The notes below the pieces were generated by a model. The model made no database searches. It was not told the origin of the DNA and saw only the letters and a program-made list of their open reading frames with translations. Shown here piece by piece: positions 1-7,300 of a stretch of DNA of 12,864 nt. Source of the DNA: Fibrobacteria bacterium (GTDB taxonomy: Bacteria; Fibrobacterota; Fibrobacteria; UBA11236). Position numbers and translations under genes: made by a program. Every line of letters begins with the position of its first letter. Positions within the stretch are counted from its first letter, which is position 1. The DNA is taken from positions 1 to 12,864 of the forward strand of contig JAYTHY010000055.1 in the NCBI GenBank assembly GCA_043732185.1. The letters run 5' to 3'.

Positions 1-272
1 TTTTTTTTCAATCTAAACCACCCTTTTGGAATTTTTCCATCGCCCTTTTGGAAGCCCTCGAAAGCTTCCTTACCATTACCCGTTACTACTCCATCCATAT
101 GCTCTTTAAAAGAAACAACGGCACCGATAAGACGAAACTAGTTCCAATTTTTGCATGTTGGCCGACAAAAAACCCTAATAATCGGAGACATTGGTCCCAT
201 TTGATAAGGTGATGTACCAAACAGAACACAACCGACCTTCCAATCGAATGTCATAGATTAGGTAGGCCAATT

Positions 273-869
273 TTAAAAAGTAACTACCAGCATCGCGGCT
301 CCAAAAATTACGGTGGTGGCATAACCGGAAGCCAAGTGAATCAATTTCAGTTCCTTCTGATTGTCGGCCACCAGCGTCCCAAGGATGGGTGTAATTATCA
401 TGCCCGTCAGGTGCAAAGAACCCAATAATTTGTGAGTGGAGATGGTGCTCCATTCGTTTCGTCGCACCAAAGGGGGAGGGGTGAAAATACTTAGAGCTGC
501 AGTGGTGGAATATGCTCCAATTGTCGTCCATGCCATGGCTCTGTGCATTTGCGAAAGATCATTTTTTCCATTGTACACCTTCTGTCCCAAAACCACCGTG
601 CCTACCATTGTCGCCAGGGTGACAATACCACCGAGTTGATGGAGGCCAAGCATATTACGCCGCAAATGCATTTCGTTAGTCCGTCCAGCCTCGGTAAGAG
701 GAAAGTCGAATATTTTGCGCATGGCACCATTCCTGTCCCACATTACGGACTCCATTGGCCCCATAAGATCGGGTAACAAATTCGTGGTTTGGAGGGTGTC
801 CTGGGCATGCAGAGAAACGACCCCTATAAAAGTCAAAAGGGCAATGCGCACGCCCATCAATCGGTCCAT
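273..869 (-). CDS. His-rich ~4-TM membrane protein, cytochrome b-like (putative di-heme), with N-terminal signal/anchor
   Basis: 3' part of ORF 273..1034. Likely start is ATG 869 (purine-rich GGGGGGAAGGC upstream) or ATG 857 (TGATG overlap with the upstream stop). Signal-like N-terminus (RIALLTFIGVVSLHA|QDT), then four hydrophobic helices each starting near a His: LGLHQLGG, QMHRAMAW, STHKLLGSLHLTG, LIHLASGY. CDS is solid; heme b binding is inference. Confidence 0.7.
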   Translation of the reverse strand: MDRLMGVRIALLTFIGVVSLHAQDTLQTTNLLPDLMGPMESVMWDRNGAMRKIFDFPLTEAGRTNEMHLRRNMLGLHQLGGIVTLATMVGTVVLGQKVYNGKNDLSQMHRAMAWTTIGAYSTTAALSIFTPPPLVRRNEWSTISTHKLLGSLHLTGMIITPILGTLVADNQKELKLIHLASGYATTVIFGAAMLVVTF

Positions 870-1729
870 GCCTTCCCCCCTTTTCCAATGCCAATTCCAA
901 AGCCATACCGGTAGCCCAAACCAAGTCGCCATTCCATCATCCGCAGGGCGGTCGGCGCATCGGCACCGGCAAGGAAGTTCGCATATTGCATCGAAGTGGT
1001 GTTGGTGATCAATACGTCCAAGATTCCCCTCCACAGCTGGAAACCGGCACCAAAGGCCATAGGTGGTATTCCATCAGGCGCGCGGGCGCCATATGTATTC
1101 CGGTATCCATAACCGCCTTGATGTAATGGAAAAAGTACGTCCCCGAATGTTGTGATGGAGGTTCCTTGGCGAATGATTCCCATTCCAACGGCGAACGAAT
1201 GTCTGGGTTGGACCGAAAGAATTTCCAAATTGGTATGGCTTTGTCCCAAAGCGGAGACTGCAAGCATCCAGTGATTGTCGAATAGCGAACGCTGAAGCGT
1301 CAGGGAGCCTCCGGCGGAATACCTATCGCCTTTTTCCACACCCCGGTTACGCATGGCCAAATTGGCTGACAAGACCAGGGAAATTGGTAACCTATACCGA
1401 TTTTGGCGGAGCGCCGAAATTTTTGTGCCGACTTCAGCCGATTGAAGGCGGCTTTCCCATGCCAAGGAACCCAGCACATTGGACCATATACCGGCGGACA
1501 GTTCCATTGCCGTATTTCCAAATTGATCCATTCCCAAAGCATGGCGGAACAGATTTGGCTCGCCAATGGGGGCTATAGAACCCGCGAAGCGATGGGATTC
1601 ACTCACAGAAAACTCTCCCGACTGGAGCATGGCGACAGTTGGTTGGAAAGGGAGCCGTAGCCTTTCCTGCCCAAAAACTAAAATCCCCAGCCAAGGGACA
1701 ACGGCGCAAAGGAATACGTTGCGATTCAC
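857..1729 (-). CDS. DUF5777-like outer-membrane beta-barrel protein
   Basis: 290 aa; GTG start overlaps the upstream TGA (GTGA 1726-1729). Signal peptide, QPTVAML..GEF..SHRF motif, LGMDQFGN, alternating amphipathic strands, and ITNTTSMQ..FL and LGLGYRYGF near the C-terminus resemble the DUF5777 pattern as I recall it. Confidence 0.7.
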   Translation of the reverse strand: MNRNVFLCAVVPWLGILVFGQERLRLPFQPTVAMLQSGEFSVSESHRFAGSIAPIGEPNLFRHALGMDQFGNTAMELSAGIWSNVLGSLAWESRLQSAEVGTKISALRQNRYRLPISLVLSANLAMRNRGVEKGDRYSAGGSLTLQRSLFDNHWMLAVSALGQSHTNLEILSVQPRHSFAVGMGIIRQGTSITTFGDVLFPLHQGGYGYRNTYGARAPDGIPPMAFGAGFQLWRGILDVLITNTTSMQYANFLAGADAPTALRMMEWRLGLGYRYGFGIGIGKGGKAWTD

Positions 1730-2910
1730 AGGCCGTCCACGCTATTGGGGGAGCCCCGGGTCAGCCAGTCTATCACGAGTTTGCGTTCTGCCAAGGTGAT
1801 TTGGTTTCCAAAAGATTCCGGTGGCATGGGCCCTTGCTGGTACTTCGACACGCTATCCAAATCCAGGCGCCTCAAGGTGATGCGTGTGGGGATGGACTTC
1901 CACGCCGCATAGGTGTCAATGCGTAAAGCAAAATAAGCATCGGGTTGGTCCCGGTTGAGACCGACTTCCGCGTGACAGTCCGCGCAGTATCGGTTAAGGA
2001 TATTGAAGGCTTGAGTGTATACCAATCCTTGCATGGCACCTGAAGTGACAATGCCTCCTGAAAAAACACTATCGCCCATTCCACTTCCATCCGGAGTGTT
2101 GGGCGAAAACCGATCGATCCACTCCAGCATTCGACGACGTTCCTCTAGGGTCGGTTTTTTTTCAGATGGCATACTGTCAGGCGGCATGACTTGTATGGCG
2201 GTAGGGTCCGCCGCCGTGTCAATCCGGCTTTTGATTTTCCCCCCACGTTTATGCCATTGATCATAGGTGTCGAGGATAAGTTAAAGCATGGCCTGAACCT
2301 GTTGCGGGTCCCGGCCTCCAGGTGCATGGCAATCGGCGCAATACTTACGCACGAAATTCTCCGCTTCCGGCCATCGGTACCCGACCAACCTGACTGTTTG
2401 GGCCGAATCAGCCCATGCGGCCAAATAAGCCTGGGCGCGACCCAGCACATCGTCAGGGACAGGTAAGGCCGGGGCCAAGGGCATACCGCCCCCGCGCGCA
2501 GACAGGATCAGGCGCTCTGCTCCGTAGGATTGGATTTCCTGCCAAGTATCGATTCGTATTGCTTTCCGAGCTTTTCCCGCTAGGTCACTTTTACCAAGGC
2601 TGGAATGGCAGTTGGAACAGTAGCGCCAAAATTGTCGATAGGCGGGAGGAAAGTCCATGAAGGGTGGGCCGTAACTCCAGGATCCAGTCCGCGCATCAAA
2701 GTTCGTCGTAGCCAAATCGCGCCATATTCCCAATGTGTCCAGCAGCATTCCGTTTACGGAATCTTTGAGCACGACAATTGATTTACCGTCTCCGAAGGCT
2801 AATGTATCCGAGTACAATCCGTACCGGGAATAGAGCTCGGGCGGTGAGGGCAATTGGCTACAACCCAAAAGCAAAGCGCCGATAACCATAGCGGAATGGA
2901 ACACTCTCAT
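1726..2910 (-). pseudogene. Three-heme c-type cytochrome lipoprotein (three Planctomycete-cytochrome-C-like His/Met domains) interrupted by one in-frame TAA; pseudogene or sequence error
   Basis: ORFs 2281..2931 and 1726..2187 are in the same frame. The 31 intervening codons are open (LILDTYDQWHKRGGKIKSRIDTAADPTAIQV). ATG 2910 overlaps the upstream TGA (ATGA). Lipobox LLLG|C17. CSNCH at 2605-2619, CADCH at 2326-2340 and CADCH at 1972-1986 are each followed by xxDT(Y/W), an MP(P/L) distal-Met motif and a Trp-containing helix. The TAA at 2281-2283 is codon 210 of 394. Confidence 0.85.
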
Positions 2911-3542
2911 GCCGGTGACTTTTTCTTCCACACCAAGGGTATAAGTATGTCTAAACTCATATCAGCCCAGGTCAGTCGCGAAGTGGGATAAGGGGAGAAA
3001 AGATTGTAAACCCAATGCCCACGGATGCAGAGGCCCCATGGGAGCTGGTATTGCAGCCCGCCCCCCAAGCCCATGTTGAAAAGGGTGCGCAGGGATTGTG
3101 TGGCCGCGACCTTGCCGCTGAGCCTAGACGTGGAAACCATGTCCAAGGTGTATCCTGGGGTCCATAGTGCCAAAATTTCCAGACGTTTATGGAAGGGTAG
3201 GCTGCCGTGGAAAATAAAAGGCATTTGCAAATCGGTGAAGACATCCCGACCGAACCAATCGGAAAATCCAATCGTGGCAGTGCGAAGACTCAAGCCGATT
3301 TCCAAGGGAAGCGTCATTTCACCGACGAGTAAAGAAGTGGGAAAAGCCAAACCCAAACGGGTTCCGTAGTCTCCATGAGAATTGGACGGTTTAAATGGGG
3401 CGGATCGAGACCCACCCAGCACTAATAACATTTCTGGTTCAGCTACGGAATGGCACAGTACCAAAGCCAGACAAACTAAAAACGCCTTCCCGCAACCTTT
3501 ACAACCATGAAATGCTCGCAACAATCTGAAGCAGAAACCCAT
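2907..3542 (-). CDS. Small outer-membrane beta-barrel protein (OMP_b-brl_2/PorT-like)
   Basis: 211 aa; hydrophobic signal ending HSVA|E. Strands DLQMPFIF, WTPGY and FNMGLGGGLQYQL...RGHWVYNL resemble 8-stranded OM barrels. Stop overlaps the start of the cytochrome gene. Confidence 0.6.
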   Translation of the reverse strand: MGFCFRLLRAFHGCKGCGKAFLVCLALVLCHSVAEPEMLLVLGGSRSAPFKPSNSHGDYGTRLGLAFPTSLLVGEMTLPLEIGLSLRTATIGFSDWFGRDVFTDLQMPFIFHGSLPFHKRLEILALWTPGYTLDMVSTSRLSGKVAATQSLRTLFNMGLGGGLQYQLPWGLCIRGHWVYNLFSPYPTSRLTWADMSLDILIPLVWKKKSPA

Positions 3543-3564
3543 CTATTTCATTCGCCTGGAACCG

Positions 3565-4128
3565 CTAGGGTCGCTCAATCTGGAATACCATCCGGGGATG
3601 AAGTTTGGCGGAGGGCTCACGGTACAACATTCTGCCGTCAAGTTGGGCCATCAACACTCGTGAAGAGGAGGATCCCCAACGGACCGCCGCAGGATTAGCG
3701 GTAATTTGAGTGGTCGCACCTGTAACGGTAAAGTTACGGCTTACCAAGACGTAAAAAGTAGTGGTATCGCCAGCAGCAGTGTTTCCAGGCTCACCGGTAG
3801 CCTTCTGCCAAACCCGAAGTCGAACCATGGAATTGGTCGACATGTTGGAAGGAACTATCCATGCCGTATCCATGGGCTGATTGAATCTGGCGCCCGAATT
3901 TCTCAAACCATCATAAATTACCACCCACGTGGCCGGAGCAGTTGAGTAAGAAATTTGATAACTCCCGCTATGTTCTTGCTCAATCATCCAGTGAATGGGA
4001 ACCCTTGCGCCCGCCTTAAAGGTTTCCCCTCCGGCTGGAAGCAGGGACCCTGCCACTAGATGGGCGGAGGCATCATAGACCATCAAGCCCATCAAAACAC
4101 CTAACAAGCTTTTAAAATTCTGCTGCAT
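3565..4128 (-). CDS. Secreted protein with predicted mature N-terminal His (histidine-brace-like, putative Cu-binding beta-sandwich) and short basic C-terminal sorting-like tail
   Basis: 187 aa; GGGGAG RBS upstream of ATG 4128. Signal peptide ends ASA|H23. PAGGETFKAG..V.I.W Ig-like start, further His46 and His53 (IHWMIEQEH), WIVP..VRLRVWQ, FY..SRNFTV, and a tail with LDGR. Metal binding is inference. Confidence 0.7.
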   Translation of the reverse strand: MQQNFKSLLGVLMGLMVYDASAHLVAGSLLPAGGETFKAGARVPIHWMIEQEHSGSYQISYSTAPATWVVIYDGLRNSGARFNQPMDTAWIVPSNMSTNSMVRLRVWQKATGEPGNTAAGDTTTFYVLVSRNFTVTGATTQITANPAAVRWGSSSSRVLMAQLDGRMLYREPSAKLHPRMVFQIERP

Positions 4129-4239
4129 ATTCTCCCCCGGACTTTACGGAATGTTTGATTACCAAGTGTATGGTACCAGCCTCAGAAAGGCAATCGATTT
4201 TCGTTCAGGATGGTTTTAAAGGAGTCCAAATGATTTCCT

Positions 4240-4255
4240 TGTACCAAATGGTACA
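4240..4255. promoter_or_regulatory. Perfect inverted repeat TGTACCA-AA-TGGTACA, candidate operator in the divergent promoter region
   Basis: Read directly from the sequence, about midway between the divergent starts (4128 and 4381). A related TACCA-N6-TGGTA/TGGTACCA lies at 4160-4178. The regulator is unknown. Confidence 0.4.
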
Positions 4256-4380
4256 TACCTATGGCAGGAAACATGTCGTCGGCTTAATGCTTATCACCAT
4301 GCGGTCGGAAAATATTTATTGAATCATAATGAAGCAAAATGTGATGCTTCTTTTCAGAACACATTACATGGAATCAGGAA

Positions 4381-7300
4381 ATGTTTACTGCCAGTCGTAA
4401 AGATCAAAAGCCTCGATTTCCAAATGCTATTCTGCTCCTTTTCCTTTTAACAAATTCCACGCAACTATTTGCCCATATTAACGGTGGCACAGGAAATGCC
4501 CTGCAGCTATATAGTTATCGGCTCTCTTCACCCGCCAACAAGCCGGTAATCAATGGAACCATCCTTTCCAAAACTGTAGGTAGCACTATTGGTACCGAAT
4601 CCCCGGACGAGTGGAAGGATGCCTACACGCGCGCCATCACTTTGAATGACAATACCACAGCCACAATTTTTCTCGTCAATGACGACGATTCGCTTTACGT
4701 GGCATTATTACGACCGGATAACAACAATGGAGACGGGATCGGCACCTTCCTCTACTTCGACCAAGGGATAGGTGGCGCAGGCAGTCATGATGGCCTCCTT
4801 ACGGGAAATGCCAGCACCGTGCGCAACGAGGCAGGTTATGGGATAATTAGACAGGCAGGCTCTTTCATCAATCAGGATCTTTCTTGGACCGGTACGGCGT
4901 GGTCCGCGGACGCGGATGGTGCCACAGATTTCAATGGGGCGGCCTCGATTCTCGGCAGTGCCACCAAAGTGGAAGCTTTCGAATTCGCCATACCTTTACA
5001 TAATTCCAAGGGGTTTTCCTCGGGAAATGCGGACCTGCAGGTTACATCCTTGCAACAGGAACTGGGACTGTATATACGCGTTTCCCGTGGGGGTGCCGAT
5101 TGTGATTCCTGCTACTGGAACCAAACCAACGGCAACTCGGGTGAAGCCCAGACCGGGGTGGGATGGGCGGATGTGCAACTCAATGTCTCCCGAAACTTCA
5201 CCACTTTTTATAGCACTTTCGCCAAAAACGGAAATCCAACCGTGGATGGTTCCATCACTGAAGATGCCTGGCGCGGCAGCTACCGTCGGGATATCTACTT
5301 GACCAACTTCAATGGCAAGGTTCTGCCCACCACCGTTTACTGCGTTCAAAGCCATATCGACAAGACTATTTTCCTGGGTCTAAAGGTCAGGGATACATTA
5401 AGCAACGCTTCCGATTCCCTCCAGGTCTATTATGAGGAAAAATCCGGTGATAATACCACGGCTCGCGACTACCTGCTCGAAACAGGTGCGGAAGATGCAG
5501 TCAGTGCGAAAGGCGCCACGGCCCGAGATTTGCAATGGAACGGCACCGCGTGGGTGGCAGATGTCGAAGCGGCCGATACCCATCAAGCCAGCGGAACCTT
5601 TGCGGCATCTATGCACCAGTATGAAATGCGTATTCCTTATCAAGGAGGGGCCCAGGATATCGGGGTTACAGATAATGGCCTGCCGGGTTTTTTAATACGC
5701 TATCACGATGCGGACCAGCCTGTCGGTAGTCAAGATTTCTACTGGGAGTACACGGTCAATTCCGATGCGGTCCGCGTAAATCAACAAGCCACACCTGCAA
5801 TTTTTGTTACATCGGGCTGGGCGAATTTCCAATTAGGGGCACCGTATACTCAATTGGTTTTTCCTTTAGATAGCGCCGCTGTTGAAGGTGCTGTCAACCT
5901 CCGCCTTTATGCCGAAGATGAAGATGGGGTAACGGGCGTGGACTCGGTAAAATATTTCCGGGCTTCGGATACCACCTCCAAAACCAAACTCACCAAGATT
6001 GCCAATACAGGCGAATGGTCCGGGGCCTGGAACGTGGGCAATCTGACAAATGGCCTGGACACATTGATTTTCCGCACCTTCGACAATGATGGGGTCTTCG
6101 TGGATCGGCTGGTGGTTTTGACGATCGCTAACGGAAACTCACCGGCAGCTCCACCTACCATTGCCTTTGTTTCACCTTTAGCGGGCACCACTTTGTCTGG
6201 TCTACAGACCTTTCAGTTTACAGCTAACGGTGGTGGCGGTGTCATTCGTAAGACCTATGTGATTATCGATGGCGCGGATACGCTGGCTACCACTACCGCG
6301 TCCACTCATGTTCTCAATACCGTTCCTTTGGTGGAGGGTGCGCATACCCTTCAATTCCTGGCATACAATACGAACGGTGCCAAGGCCCAAACGCAATTTT
6401 TAACTTTCCAGGTTGCCAACAGTCCCACGGTATCCTGGCTGAGTCCGGCCGGCGGTACGGTGGCGGGCGGACGCCTCATTCTTGACTATGACGCAACTCC
6501 CCTGGGCCAGGCTACGATTGTATCCGATTCTCTTTGGCTCGACGGCCAAGGCTATGCCGTTCTCAATCTTCCCGATGGGCCCGGCACCTTGGATATATTC
6601 ACGCTGGCTGAGGGCGCCCACACCTTCCAGGTCAAGACTACGGACAATGCCGGTAAGACAGGCTTTTCGAAGGAAGTGACGCTTTTGGTGCGCAACGGTC
6701 CTTGGGTCACGCTCACTTCGCCCCTGGGTAACGCCAACGTGTCCGGTAAGGTGGCGCTGGCCTACCACGACAGCACCTTGGTTTTGGCAACCGTGGCCGC
6801 CGATTCCCTGTTGTTGAATGGCAAAGGCTATCAAAGTCTATCGCTAAGCGGTGTGGATACTCTGAACAGTTCGGTTTTGCTGGACGGGGAGTATACATTG
6901 CAGGTCAAGACCACGGACAGCCATGGGCATGTGGGTTATTCGTCCCTGATCACGGTGCTGGTACGCAATAACCCTTTAGCCAGAATCGACAGTCTGCTGG
7001 CGGACTCGACGGTGTCGGGCACTCTTGTCATCCGCTTCGCTGTATCTGCCGTGGCCCCGGCGACAGTGGCCCAGCGCCTCGTGTCCATTGATGGGGCAGG
7101 CTTTCGTGTTACCTCAGGAACATCTACGGATACCTTGGACACGCGCAAGCTGAGCGAAGGGGCGCATACGGCGGAAGTGAAAATGGTGGATAGCCAAGGC
7201 AAGGAAGCGTATTCGCGCCTGGTTAAATTCAACGTTCGCAATGCGCCTAATGTGAGCATCCAGTCGCCTGCAGTGGACGTGTTTGTGCGAGGAATTGTAA

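Noticed and set aside
1..137. Minus-strand open frame running off the left edge (FRLIGAVVSFKEHMDGVVTGNGKEAFEGFQKG..., ATG at 98), faintly like PAS/receiver fragments
   Set aside because: Only 32 codons from the ATG, weak RBS, and similarity too short to support a call without flanking sequence.
870..1034. Cys/His/Trp-rich N-terminal extension of ORF 273..1034 (CELPCRCRC)
   Set aside because: It is an alternative-frame reading of the DUF5777-like gene's 3' end; the real start is at 869 or 857, ahead of the signal-like segment.
2281..2283. Selenocysteine, pyrrolysine or alternative genetic code at the internal stop
   Set aside because: The codon is TAA, not TGA or TAG; it aligns with Ala in the sister repeats, and TAA terminates three other genes in the window.
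2145..2450. Minus-strand 101-aa ORF spanning the cytochrome break, suggesting a programmed frameshift bypass
   Set aside because: Both cytochrome halves are already in the same frame and the in-frame gap matches the repeat consensus; this ORF has no cytochrome features.
4171..4280. Sigma-54 promoter from TGGTAC/TGGCAG elements
   Set aside because: None has GC at the required GG-N10-GC spacing on either strand.
5101..5115. CDSCY in the surface-protein head as a degenerate heme-binding motif
   Set aside because: It lacks the His of CxxCH and is absent from the second head repeat; a disulfide loop is the simpler explanation.
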